A stretch of 58,681 nucleotides of DNA, from positions 1 to 58,681 of IMG/VR virus record IMGVR_UViG_3300023174_000189; one strand, written 5' to 3'. Position 1 is the stretch's first letter, and every line of letters starts with the position of its first letter. Under the pieces are notes generated by a model. The model had not been told where the DNA came from. It ran no database searches and was given only the letters and a program-made list of their open reading frames with translations. The DNA is from a virus (lineage: Duplodnaviria; Caudoviricetes). The position numbers were made by a program, and so were the translations under genes. This document shows positions 9,676 through 19,320 of this stretch, one piece after another.

Positions 9676-10344
9676 ATGAGAAGAAGATATGCTAATTTAA
9701 ACCATCAAGAATCTGAAAAAGACCTTGATCTATTACCTATTATGAATCCTCTCTTTAATATGAGAGAAATTTGTAAACAAATGGTTCTTTTAGAAGACCA
9801 CCTAAATAATATTCGTAAAAGATGTCATGATTGTATTAGAAAACATTTTCTTACGATTGAAGCCTTCTTTGAAGAAGCGATTTCTCTTGATAAAGATTTA
9901 AAGTACCTTGATATTCTTGAAGGACAAGCTCAAAATGTAAGAAACCTTCAAGGTGTTTGGTTAAGATTTAAAGACGATAAAGATAGTAAAGGTTATTATT
10001 TAATCTCTCAAAAGCTAAGAGAGATTAGAAAAGAACTAACACCTTATTGTTTTGATGTAGTAGAAATGGATAATAGCCCCTTTAATAAGAAGTTTGCTTG
10101 TTCTTTAGCGACCTGTCCGCATAGAGTAGCGAAATTGTATTTAGCTACTAAATCTATGGCTCAAAAAGAAGATGAAGAAGTTTCATCTATGGTAAAACCC
10201 CACCCTAAAAAGAAACCACCTAGACAAGATTTAAAAAAAACTAGAATATCTGTTAATGATAATGACCTAGAAGATTTATCAGGTGATGGAGATAGAGATC
10301 TATCTTTACATAATACTAAGGTAGGATCAAGGTATCGTTTTTAA
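9676..10344 (+). CDS. two-part probable head-associated protein (helical CxxC domain + basic/acidic tail)
   Basis: Start moved to MRRRYA at 9676 (AAGGA SD); LLEDHL...RCHDCIRKHF domain, linker HRVAKLYLA, tail KKKPPRQDL...DRDLSL. Confidence 0.65.
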   Translation: MRRRYANLNHQESEKDLDLLPIMNPLFNMREICKQMVLLEDHLNNIRKRCHDCIRKHFLTIEAFFEEAISLDKDLKYLDILEGQAQNVRNLQGVWLRFKDDKDSKGYYLISQKLREIRKELTPYCFDVVEMDNSPFNKKFACSLATCPHRVAKLYLATKSMAQKEDEEVSSMVKPHPKKKPPRQDLKKTRISVNDNDLEDLSGDGDRDLSLHNTKVGSRYRF

Positions 10345-10391
10345 TAGTTTATAATCCCTATCTTATAAATAGTCTTAAAGGGATCATAAAA

Positions 10392-12290
10392 ATGAATTTA
10401 GTAGACCGTATTGTAAATAAGCATATAGAGAAATTAGCAGGATCTCTCACTAAAGTTAAAGATATATTAAGAGATAAGAAATATAGAGATGAAGAATCAG
10501 GACGAGATATCTCTTTCACAACAGCTTATGGGAGAGGAAATGAAAAAGCAGTTGCGGACTTCAAAGAGATCAATAGTAAATTAAAACATGAAGAAAAAAA
10601 ACCTTCTGAGAAAAAGAAAATCACCAAAAAAGTAGATATGGGTGAACTACCTAAACTTGATGAAAAATCAATAAAGTCTATTCAGTCTATGGACTCTTGG
10701 ATGAATAAGAAAAAACAAAAACAACTTAATAACATTAAAGCTATACAAAAAGAGATAGAAGATATTAAATCAGACTCTTCCATATCAAACAATAAAAAGA
10801 AAAAAGAAATCAAAAAACTTAATGAGAAAATTAAAATAGAAAATAAAGTCTCTTATAGTGCTTTAGATAGAGATGGTGTAGAAGCTTTAGGTAAATTGTT
10901 AAGAGGAACAGAACTCACCGAGTTATTACCTAAAGAAAATTTTGAAGATTTTATGTCTAGTCTTGTTAAAAGAAATAGTGAATTGGGTGCTGAGTTTAAA
11001 AGTATGAACTCTAGAGATGCTCTTGATACTATCAAATCTATGAAAGGTGAGAAAATAGAAAAACCTAAAAAAGAAGAAGAAGACGAATTTGGATTCGGAA
11101 GAAGTCTAGATAAGGATAAAGTTGAAGAAATAGTTAATAAATCAGATTTTAAACCTGTATCTGATATTGTTAAAGAAATCAAATCTCTTAAAGGTAAAAC
11201 AGATAAAGAGAGTGAAGCTAAATTAGGTGAACTTACAAATCAATTAGCTGAGTCTTTAAGTATAGAATACACTTTAGATAATGTTATTTTAAACCCTACT
11301 GCAGGATTGCCTAAATTCAAAAATACTAAAATGATGACACCTAAAGCTATGTCTAAATTATATAAAGATCAACAAGACAGATATGGATCATTACCTGCTA
11401 AAGAAAGAAATATAATGATGAAGAAACTTGAGAAGAAATTAGAATCTGCTCAAGGTGTTCAAAAAACAATTCTTGAAAAAGCTATGGATGCTGCTGTTAC
11501 TGATGTCTTTATGTCTGCCCTCGAAGACCCTAATAGCAAAGAAAATAAATTACCTAAGAGTAGAGTAGTTACTGACCCTAAACTCATGTATTTAGCAGAT
11601 AAATATGGTCGTAATGATTTTGTAGAAAAAGCTGCAGAATTAACTCGATCCACAGATGCTAATGTACATAGAGAGGTCACATCTTCTATGTTACATAGTT
11701 TATCCGATGATCAATTTAAAGATGTTATGGGTGAAGATAACCCTATGTTTAGACCTTTCTTAGAATTGTTAGAACCTGATTTTTGTCCTGTTCATCCTCA
11801 AAATGAAAGATCAGGTAGTAATGTAGATGATGACGAATGTCCTGTAAGATTAACTGAGAAAGAAAGATATGAGATAAAACAAAAAGTTATTGATATGTAT
11901 CAAGATACTACTTTCTTTATTGCAGGGGGTCTAAATTTAGAAGGTTATGATGATGATACTGATGTCAAAACATATAATCAAAGATATGATAAAGTGACAA
12001 AAGCACAAAAAGAAATTAAACCTACAGCTAAAATTAAAGAAAAAATTAAAGATGTTGTTGAAGGTATTACTAATAAAGACTTACAAGATGTTATGACAGA
12101 ACAAGAAGCTAAAAAATTAGAAGCTGAAATGAGAAAAGAAATTACTCAAGAACATATAGATAAATTAGGTTCAGTGGCTACAGGTTTAGCTAAATTATTA
12201 AGTGATAGAAAGAATGCTTCTAATACTCAAAAAATAGAATGGGTACAAAGTGCTTTTGCAACTATCCCAGGTTTTCCTGCTTTAAAGTAA
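10392..12290 (+). CDS. large Lys/Glu-rich probable internal head protein
   Basis: 632-aa ORF in head operon; N-terminal DRIVNKHIEKLA leader. Confidence 0.65.
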   Translation: MNLVDRIVNKHIEKLAGSLTKVKDILRDKKYRDEESGRDISFTTAYGRGNEKAVADFKEINSKLKHEEKKPSEKKKITKKVDMGELPKLDEKSIKSIQSMDSWMNKKKQKQLNNIKAIQKEIEDIKSDSSISNNKKKKEIKKLNEKIKIENKVSYSALDRDGVEALGKLLRGTELTELLPKENFEDFMSSLVKRNSELGAEFKSMNSRDALDTIKSMKGEKIEKPKKEEEDEFGFGRSLDKDKVEEIVNKSDFKPVSDIVKEIKSLKGKTDKESEAKLGELTNQLAESLSIEYTLDNVILNPTAGLPKFKNTKMMTPKAMSKLYKDQQDRYGSLPAKERNIMMKKLEKKLESAQGVQKTILEKAMDAAVTDVFMSALEDPNSKENKLPKSRVVTDPKLMYLADKYGRNDFVEKAAELTRSTDANVHREVTSSMLHSLSDDQFKDVMGEDNPMFRPFLELLEPDFCPVHPQNERSGSNVDDDECPVRLTEKERYEIKQKVIDMYQDTTFFIAGGLNLEGYDDDTDVKTYNQRYDKVTKAQKEIKPTAKIKEKIKDVVEGITNKDLQDVMTEQEAKKLEAEMRKEITQEHIDKLGSVATGLAKLLSDRKNASNTQKIEWVQSAFATIPGFPALK

Positions 12291-12346
12291 TTAGTTTTTT
12301 AATATTCCCTTTATATATATATGCTATAAATTTCAAGGGGCTATAT

Positions 12347-12841
12347 ATGTATAGAAAATCTACAACTATACCTAATTATCAAACACTTGCTAGGTCTTTT
12401 AAACCTGGCATGAAGGTCTATTCATTCTATGGTGGGTCTTCTGATAAAGCTGGTATTGTCTTAGCTGTATTCCCTGCTATCGGTATGGTGGATGTTCAAT
12501 TCCCTCATGGTAGCTCTCGTTATCCTGTAGAAGATTTAGTAATAAATACTGATGCAGATATTAAACCACTAAAAACAGATTCTGTACCTGGTGGTCTTTC
12601 TACTGTACCTGTTAGTTCAGGACAAGGTATGTCCAAAAAAGCAATTTATTGGGCAGATAAAGACCGTAAGTATAGAATGTGTAAAAAAGAAGATCACCCT
12701 TCTTGTCCTAGATGTCCCGATTCCGTCTTCCTAAAAAAAGTTATTTATAAACGAAACGAAGGAAGATCGGAAAGACTACTCTGCTGTCCAGATTGTCTCT
12801 TTCTCATTAAAACCTCTGACATCTTAGGTTTTAACCTTTAA
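12347..12841 (+). CDS. Zn-ribbon protein preceding prohead protease
   Basis: Start moved to MYRKS at 12347 (AAGGGG SD); CPRC...CPDC. Confidence 0.65.
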   Translation: MYRKSTTIPNYQTLARSFKPGMKVYSFYGGSSDKAGIVLAVFPAIGMVDVQFPHGSSRYPVEDLVINTDADIKPLKTDSVPGGLSTVPVSSGQGMSKKAIYWADKDRKYRMCKKEDHPSCPRCPDSVFLKKVIYKRNEGRSERLLCCPDCLFLIKTSDILGFNL

Positions 12842-12864
12842 CACCCCTAGAGGAGATTCTAATC

Positions 12865-14337
12865 ATGGCTTTTTTACGATATGCAAGATCTAATGTAGTC
12901 AAACCCAAAATTTATGCAAATGAATGGGACAAAATAAGAGTAGCTTCTGCCGTTAAACGAATGGACTATTCTCTTAAGGAACAAGCTGAAAGAATTTTAG
13001 GTGAACCTTTCTCTCCTGATAAATACTTATTAACTCATTCTACTATCGTATGTTCTGTAGATGCTGTTAATGGTTATGATACTGCTTTAGGTGAAGTCAC
13101 CTATGATGGAGAAAAGATTAATCGTAGATATAAAGATTATGCTGTAACCACCGAAACAGATCAATTTATAAATAATAATATGGACTGTTGGTCTAGGGGT
13201 GTTATTGAAAAATCTTATAAGTCTTTTATTGGTGCTCATAACTTTGTTGAACATATCCAAGTAGAAGAATTATCTAAAGGTAAAATTATTGATGCTGTTC
13301 TTAGAGATGTAGGTGAGTCTCTATATGTAGATATATTAGTTGCTACTAATAAGAAACATACAGAACTTGTAGAACAAATCATGTCAGGGCAAATGAATGC
13401 TATGAGCATGGGTTGTAGTGTCGATTTCACCGTCTGTACTAAATGTGGGAATGTAGCTGCTGATGAAACAGAAATGTGTCGCCATGTTAAATATGAAAAA
13501 GGTAATGTGTTTTATGATGAAAAAGGTCAACCACATAGAGTAGCTGAACTTTGTGGTCATGAATCAGAAAATCCTAATGGTGCTGTTACATTTATTGAAG
13601 CATCATGGGTAGCTACACCTGCATTTAAAGGTGCTGTTGCTCGTAATGTACTCGAAGTACCCACCCCTTTCACCGATAAACTTGCTAAAGAAGAAGTGAT
13701 TAGTAAGAAAGCTCACCAAGTATATGCTTTGACTAACGACAAATTAGCAGGTCCTTTTGATGATATGGATTTCGGTGGTGGGGGTGGTGATGCTGGTGGA
13801 GATGCTGCAGGGGGAGAAGGTGGTGATGCTAAACCAGCAGCACCTGCACAACCATCTCCTTTTGATGATCTTCAAAAGGAACTCCAAACCTTTTTAGTTG
13901 ATAAAATTAAGAATAAACTCATTGAAGAATTTGAGTTTAAACTTGATAAGAAAAAGAAAGATAGTGAATTGGATATGAGTAAATCATCTGTCCATGAAAA
14001 TGACACTATCATTCGTGAAGCTAAAAAGACTGCGAGTCAAAAGAAAATTTCTAAAGTGGTTAAAAATTATACTCATGCTTTAGATGTTGCTATTAAAGTA
14101 GCTAAATCTGATATCGATGCTATTAAAAATATTGCTTATGTTAATGAAAACTTTGGTATTGAATTGCCTAGTCATTTGTATAAGTTAGCTTGTAAATTAG
14201 GTTCAGCTAAACAATATGGCTCATTAGATACATTTTTAATTGTAGCTGATGAGTATTCTAAAAAACCATTAAAAGATAATGAGAAGATGATTCTTGTTAA
14301 ATTTGCCAAATTACTTTCCTCTAAAAAAACAAAGTAA
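12865..14337 (+). CDS. prohead (maturation) protease, HK97/assemblin fold with Cys-rich insertion
   Basis: NNNMD, NFVEH (His), SMGC (Ser nucleophile), CTKC..CRH insert, FIEASWVATPA; located between portal and scaffold/MCP. Confidence 0.82.
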   Translation: MAFLRYARSNVVKPKIYANEWDKIRVASAVKRMDYSLKEQAERILGEPFSPDKYLLTHSTIVCSVDAVNGYDTALGEVTYDGEKINRRYKDYAVTTETDQFINNNMDCWSRGVIEKSYKSFIGAHNFVEHIQVEELSKGKIIDAVLRDVGESLYVDILVATNKKHTELVEQIMSGQMNAMSMGCSVDFTVCTKCGNVAADETEMCRHVKYEKGNVFYDEKGQPHRVAELCGHESENPNGAVTFIEASWVATPAFKGAVARNVLEVPTPFTDKLAKEEVISKKAHQVYALTNDKLAGPFDDMDFGGGGGDAGGDAAGGEGGDAKPAAPAQPSPFDDLQKELQTFLVDKIKNKLIEEFEFKLDKKKKDSELDMSKSSVHENDTIIREAKKTASQKKISKVVKNYTHALDVAIKVAKSDIDAIKNIAYVNENFGIELPSHLYKLACKLGSAKQYGSLDTFLIVADEYSKKPLKDNEKMILVKFAKLLSSKKTK

Positions 14338-14353
14338 AAACAGGAGAATAACG

Positions 14354-16402
14354 ATGACTTTTCGTAGAAGAATGAATCGTAAAGCAGACTCTGGTATTCC
14401 AGGTTATGACAATCTTGGTCGTCTTAACATGGGTCATCCAGCTTCTAAAGAATTACCTACTATTGACCAATATGGCTTCGATGCTGAATTTGGTGAAGGC
14501 GTTCGTAAGGGTCCTTATTTATCAGGTCCTCCACCAGCAAGTGTTGGTTGGATGCCTGAACACCCAGCTACAAAGAAATCTTTAGTTGAAGATTACGAAA
14601 TTGGTCAAGAACTCCATGATGCTAATATCAAAAAAGCTATGGAAAGAAAAGCTAACAAGTGTATTTCTATCGCTGAACATCGTCTTGGTCGTACTGCTAG
14701 TGCAAGAGAAATTGAATCTCTCGCATTAAGACTCATGGATCTCCCAAATAGCACCATCAATTCTAAATATGCTTCTACCGATTTCATGGCTCAAGATGAA
14801 GAAATGATGGCTATGGATGAAATGGGAAGTGAAGAAGAAGAATTGGCTTCTCTCATGGCTGAACTTGAAGCTAGTGAAGAAGAACATGAAGCTTCTTTCA
14901 TGGCTGGTATGCACCATAAACAAGCATCTCGTAGAAACAAAAAAGCTTCTTTCCGTAACAGAAGAAGAGCATCTATGTTCGGTCATAATGATAATGTAAT
15001 GGCTGAAGATGATGAATTAGCTTCTATGTTAGCTGATCTTGAAGCTGGTGATGAATTGCAACAAGCTACAGGTTATCATGGCTCAGACATCGGTCCAGGT
15101 AATCGTAATGCTGACTTCGATGGTGGCATTATGGGTTATGATGAATTTGATATGATGGATGGCGGAATGATGATGGAAGATGACTTCAGTGATGCTATGT
15201 CTCCTGTTGATGTTCTCGCTGAAGAACTTGCTACCCTTAAACAAGCTAATGCTAACCTTAAGAGAAGATTGAAGAAAGCTGAAGAAGCTGTTCAAGAAGC
15301 TACAGGTTATCACGGTGAAGAAGACAGTGTACAACCTGCTGGTCGCTATAAAGAACCAGGTGAAGGTGCTCCTACTGCTAAATATGCTTCTAAAAAAGGT
15401 TTAAAGAGATTGGCTAGTGTTTTAGCTGACTATTTAGCTGAAGAAGAACCTGTTGCAGGACACTACAGCTCTTTTCAAGCTGAAGATAAAGAAGAAAATG
15501 TAATGGCTGAAATTCTTGCTGAACTCGAAGCAGGTTATGATCCAAATGTTTCTCAAAATGATTCTTCTTTTGGTTATCAAGAAAACCTAGTTGGTGAAGA
15601 AGAAGAAGCTGATGAAGATGTTGCTTCTATGTTAGCTTCTATGTTAGCTGAAGAACAAGCTAAAGAACAAGCTAAAAAAGCATCTTTAAGAAGAAAAGCT
15701 AAAGCTAAAGCTGAAGCCGAAAAAGCATCTGCTAAAAAAGAATCTGAAGACCCAATGGGACTCGATGAAGAAGCTGATGATGATGAAAAAGATCCTAAAT
15801 TAGCATCTCTCTTTGCCCGATTCGCTGAAGAAGAAGAAGCTGAAGACGAAGAAGCTGAAGAAGAAGAAAAATCATCTTCTAAGAAAGCATCTGCTAAAGG
15901 TAAGAAAGCTGAAAAAGGTTCTAAGTCTTCTACTAAAGGTAAATTAGCTGAAGAAGAAGAAGCTGACGAAGAAGAAGAAACTGCTTCTAAGAAGTCCTCA
16001 AAGGGTGAAAAGAAGTCAACCAAGAAGGCTTTTGAATGGAAGTTCTCTGCTGAAGAAGAAGCTGATGAAGAAGAAGCCGATGAAGAAGAAGCTGAAGACG
16101 AAGAAGCTGAAGAAGAAGAAACCACTGCTTCTAAGAAGAAAGCATCTTGGAGATTCGCTGAAGAAGAAGAAGCTGATGAAGAAGAAGCCGATGATGAAGA
16201 AGCTGAAGATGAAGAAGCTGAAGAAGAAGAAGAAAAGAAATCCTCTAAGAAAGCATCTTTCTCTCCAAGACCTTCTTTAAATTCTCGCAAGGCTTCTGTA
16301 AAGACTCTTGGCAATATTTCTCGCACTGCTTCTAAGTCAGATTCTAATGAACTTTCTAAGTTATGGGAATCTGCACCTGATGTTAGCAAGTATTTTAATT
16401 AA
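14354..16402 (+). CDS. capsid scaffold/core protein, very acidic and low complexity
   Basis: Between protease and capsid genes; start MTFRRR at 14354 (AGGAG SD); Glu/Ala tracts alternate with basic KKAS linkers; 14 [KR]-x-A-S sites counted. Confidence 0.75.
   Translation: MTFRRRMNRKADSGIPGYDNLGRLNMGHPASKELPTIDQYGFDAEFGEGVRKGPYLSGPPPASVGWMPEHPATKKSLVEDYEIGQELHDANIKKAMERKANKCISIAEHRLGRTASAREIESLALRLMDLPNSTINSKYASTDFMAQDEEMMAMDEMGSEEEELASLMAELEASEEEHEASFMAGMHHKQASRRNKKASFRNRRRASMFGHNDNVMAEDDELASMLADLEAGDELQQATGYHGSDIGPGNRNADFDGGIMGYDEFDMMDGGMMMEDDFSDAMSPVDVLAEELATLKQANANLKRRLKKAEEAVQEATGYHGEEDSVQPAGRYKEPGEGAPTAKYASKKGLKRLASVLADYLAEEEPVAGHYSSFQAEDKEENVMAEILAELEAGYDPNVSQNDSSFGYQENLVGEEEEADEDVASMLASMLAEEQAKEQAKKASLRRKAKAKAEAEKASAKKESEDPMGLDEEADDDEKDPKLASLFARFAEEEEAEDEEAEEEEKSSSKKASAKGKKAEKGSKSSTKGKLAEEEEADEEEETASKKSSKGEKKSTKKAFEWKFSAEEEADEEEADEEEAEDEEAEEEETTASKKKASWRFAEEEEADEEEADDEEAEDEEAEEEEEKKSSKKASFSPRPSLNSRKASVKTLGNISRTASKSDSNELSKLWESAPDVSKYFN
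15824..16235 (+). repeat. intragenic GAA/GCT-rich direct repeats encoding AEEEEADEEEA tracts
   Basis: Four blocks of gctgaagaagaa(gaa)gctga... separated by Lys/Ser-rich linkers. Confidence 0.85.
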
Positions 16403-16455
16403 TACTTGAATAGGGTTTAAACCCTATAGTTTGAAAACTTAATAAATTTTCAAAC
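16387..16455. repeat. three back-to-back inverted repeats after the scaffold gene
   Basis: caagtatt/aatacttg (16387-16408), perfect 18-bp palindrome atagggtttaaaccctat (16410-16427), gtttgaaaa/ttttcaaac (16429-16455). Confidence 0.8.
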
Positions 16456-16624
16456 AAAAACTCAAAATATAGGGGGTTATTTATAATAATCTTTCTATAT
16501 AAATAAGTCTTATAAGTAGATATATAAACTTATATATTTATGGGCTTTAAAACTTTAAAAAACTTTCTTTTTAACCCTTCCACTTCCCTTGAAAACAGGG
16601 AGTAGAATAACATAGGAGATTACT

Positions 16625-17242
16625 ATGGCTCTACTTGGACAAGCTAGTGGTGGTTTTACTGAAAGCAACAGTGCTTTGCGAATCCTTCATGTTGGTGTTC
16701 GTAATACTGTTACTCAGCTCGTTGCTGATGCTTTCACACAAACCAACCCTCCAGTTGTAACAACAGCAGTAACCGCTGCTGCAGGTTTCTCTGCAACAGT
16801 ATTTGGTGTATTGAGCGGTTCTATCGCTTTCACTAGATCTGATGCTGGTGTTGTTGGTGGTATCGGTGGTCCCGTTGAAGACAATGACAACGAAAGACCA
16901 CTTGGTATTTTCATCAATACAGCTAACGGTCTTGCTTTCACCAATCAACCTGGTGTTGCATCAAATCGTGGACCTTATGTTTCTGCACAAGGTACTTATG
17001 CTAACAAGCTCTATGAAACCAAGAACTTGAATAGCGGTCTTGGTCTTACTTATACTATCGGTGAAGAACTTTTAGCTTCTCGTAATGGTTATTTAACTAA
17101 TGTAGCAGATGGAGATAATTCTCATGATATTACATTACAATCAGGTCCAGCTAAGGTAGCAGATGCTTATTGGACTATCGGCATCTTGACAATTTCTCCA
17201 GACTCTAATTCAGACGAATTAGTTTATGACCAAAGAATTTAA
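16625..17242 (+). CDS. head decoration / minor capsid protein
   Basis: Immediately upstream of MCP; Gly/Ala/Thr-rich; RPLGIF, YTIGEELLASRNGYLT pattern; strong AGGAG SD. Confidence 0.65.
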   Translation: MALLGQASGGFTESNSALRILHVGVRNTVTQLVADAFTQTNPPVVTTAVTAAAGFSATVFGVLSGSIAFTRSDAGVVGGIGGPVEDNDNERPLGIFINTANGLAFTNQPGVASNRGPYVSAQGTYANKLYETKNLNSGLGLTYTIGEELLASRNGYLTNVADGDNSHDITLQSGPAKVADAYWTIGILTISPDSNSDELVYDQRI

Positions 17243-17256
17243 GGAGGATTGTTAAA

Positions 17257-18135
17257 ATGACAAATACAGTTGATAATGCAGTAAAACAAAAGATCATTTC
17301 TGATTACATCAAGACCCCACAAGGTCGTGCTAAATTAGCCGCTTCTATGACACAACCATTGCGTCTTAGAAGAGATTATACCTCTGTCGGTCGTAAGACT
17401 TTCTTGGTAGAACAATTACCTGATGGTGCTTTGCCAATCTATGACAAAGATCCTGATGTTACAGCTTTCGTAGTTGGTGAAGAAGGCGAAAACATTCTCG
17501 CTATTACTAAGCCACGCAGAGTTATTTTCCCTCTCTTTGAAATCGCTTCAAATCCTGAAATTCCTTTAACTCAAATTAAGGAAAGACGCTTTGACTTGAT
17601 CGAAAGAGCTCAAGATTTAGCTAGAGCTCAAATCCAAGCTGCAGAAGATGAAAGAGTATTCGCTATTCTTGATGCTGTTGCTACTCAAGGTTTTGATTCT
17701 CTTCCTGGTCAAACCAATGCTGATATTCCAGTTGTTGCTCCTTTAAATGGTGCTGTATTGGCTGATGCTTATTCTCTAATTGAAAGACATGATCTTCGTG
17801 TTGCTCGTGTATTCATGAACGCTCGTGATTATGCTGATATTAGAAAATTCGGTCGTGACATCTTGGACATCGAATCACAAGCATCATTATTGAAGACAGG
17901 TCTTCAAGCTACTCTTTGGGGTGCTCAATTAATCACCTCTCGTTTAGTTCCTGTTGGCACAGTATATGTATGTTGTGAACCAGAAATGTTCGGTCGTATC
18001 CCAGTTCGTACTGAATTGACCGTCCTCTCTGCTGATGATCCTAAAGCTCGTACAATCGGTTTCAGTGTGTTTGAGAATTTAGGTGTGGGCGCTTACAATC
18101 CTCGTGGTTTGGCTCGTTTGACCGTTACTCGTTAA
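17257..18135 (+). CDS. major capsid protein (short HK97 fold)
   Basis: AAGGAGG SD, highly biased codons, LAASMTQPLRLRRDY..GRK..LPDG N-arm and E.G.E / FEIASNP motifs; followed by strong terminator. Confidence 0.88.
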   Translation: MTNTVDNAVKQKIISDYIKTPQGRAKLAASMTQPLRLRRDYTSVGRKTFLVEQLPDGALPIYDKDPDVTAFVVGEEGENILAITKPRRVIFPLFEIASNPEIPLTQIKERRFDLIERAQDLARAQIQAAEDERVFAILDAVATQGFDSLPGQTNADIPVVAPLNGAVLADAYSLIERHDLRVARVFMNARDYADIRKFGRDILDIESQASLLKTGLQATLWGAQLITSRLVPVGTVYVCCEPEMFGRIPVRTELTVLSADDPKARTIGFSVFENLGVGAYNPRGLARLTVTR

Positions 18136-18165
18136 TAGTTAAAACCTCGATTTCTTGGGACTTAG

Positions 18166-18207
18166 AAAACCCCAATGTCTTTTTTAGGCATTGGGGTTTT
18201 TTATTTT
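18166..18207 (+). terminator. Rho-independent terminator after MCP
   Basis: aaaaccccaatgtct / aggcattggggtttt stem followed by T tract. Confidence 0.85.
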
Positions 18208-18220
18208 GTGCTAAAAAAAC

Positions 18221-18249
18221 TTGCACCACACTCCTTGTTTTAATATAAT
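18221..18249 (+). promoter_or_regulatory. sigma70-type promoter for the LAGLIDADG gene
   Basis: TTGCAC-N17-TATAAT, then AGGAGG SD. Confidence 0.7.
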
Positions 18250-18270
18250 ATAAATACAAGGAGGACAAAA

Positions 18271-19200
18271 ATGAAAAAGATACCATGTCCAATTACATCT
18301 GAAAGATTATCAGAGTTATATACTAAAGAATTTCTAACCGATGAAAAGATAGCCGAACTATTATGTTCAGAGGGTTATGAAGCAACTAAAAAAAGAGTTC
18401 TCAGATGGAGAATCGATTTCAATATTCAAACCCTAAAACAATATGAGAGATTTACACCCCCACCTATTGAAGGTGAATTGAAATCCTTATTGATAGGAAG
18501 TATGTTAGGTGATGGTCGTATAGCATTTAGAGCAAATTCTTCACATTATGAAGAAAGACATTCTCCTGAACAATTAGACTATTTGAAATGGAAAGCTAAC
18601 ATTTGGGGTGAATGGTCTAGTGGTGAGTTGAGTGTTGCTTATAGTAGAGAATTTGCAAGTCATATCTTTAGAACTAAAGCACATACTGATCTTAACCCAT
18701 ATAGAGATTTATTCTATGCTCAAAGAGAACATGGGTGGAAGATTGTTAAGAATGAACTTGTAGATATGGTAGACCCATATGCTTTAGCTATATGGTATTT
18801 AGATGATGGGTGGGCAGGTCATTACCCTGCTATATCATTTGGTGCTAAAGGAGAAAGCAGAGGTAATGTCTATCTTATCTTTGAGAAGTTTGGATTAAGA
18901 CCTAAATGGAAAGTAAGAAAAGGTGAAACAGGGGAGTTTCATTTTGAGAAAGAAGAAGGAGATAAGTTTATAGAGATTATTAAACCTTATGTGCCTGAGT
19001 GTATGAATTACAAGATGACCTTTGCTTATAGGGATGGGAAGATTAATGCTGTTGCTAGGAAGATGAAGAGAGAGGTGATCGAAGAGATGGTAAATAAAGG
19101 GTATACTTATGAGATGATGAGCAAAGAATTAGAAGTGGGAGAGGGGACTATAGGAAGATGGTTAAAAAAGTTTGATTTAAAGACAATTAATAGTAGATAA
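18271..19200 (+). CDS. free-standing double-motif LAGLIDADG homing endonuclease with terminal HTH-like regions
   Basis: LIGSMLGDGRI and ALAIWYLDDG; QLDYLKWK; IIKPYVPECMNYK; C-terminal EMMSKELEVGEGTIGRWLKK. Confidence 0.85.
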   Translation: MKKIPCPITSERLSELYTKEFLTDEKIAELLCSEGYEATKKRVLRWRIDFNIQTLKQYERFTPPPIEGELKSLLIGSMLGDGRIAFRANSSHYEERHSPEQLDYLKWKANIWGEWSSGELSVAYSREFASHIFRTKAHTDLNPYRDLFYAQREHGWKIVKNELVDMVDPYALAIWYLDDGWAGHYPAISFGAKGESRGNVYLIFEKFGLRPKWKVRKGETGEFHFEKEEGDKFIEIIKPYVPECMNYKMTFAYRDGKINAVARKMKREVIEEMVNKGYTYEMMSKELEVGEGTIGRWLKKFDLKTINSR

Positions 19201-19203
19201 AAC

Positions 19204-19320
19204 TTGCATAAAAAAGAATATTCTTATAATCTAAGGATAGACAGACTCATGTGTGTGGCTGTTTGTTTTGTTTAGAATGAAAGGGGTGGTATTAATTTAT
19301 CATCCCTTTTTTCTTTTTAA
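19204..19320 (+). ncRNA. candidate small RNA unit 1 (promoter-hairpin-terminator)
   Basis: TTGCAT with TAATCT (17 bp) or TATAAT (15 bp); GU-rich stem 19234-19269; terminator aaaggggtggta/tatcatcccttt + T tract; no ORF. Confidence 0.45.

Noticed and set aside
15577-16389. 270-aa Ser-rich minus-strand ORF and 91-aa Lys-rich alternate-frame ORF (16005..16280)
   Set aside because: Shadows of the GAA/GCT repeats in the scaffold gene; no RBS or independent signal
17257-18135. Encapsulin call for the short HK97-fold protein with a nearby ferritin-like gene
   Set aside because: Terminase, portal, protease and scaffold context show it is a phage capsid protein
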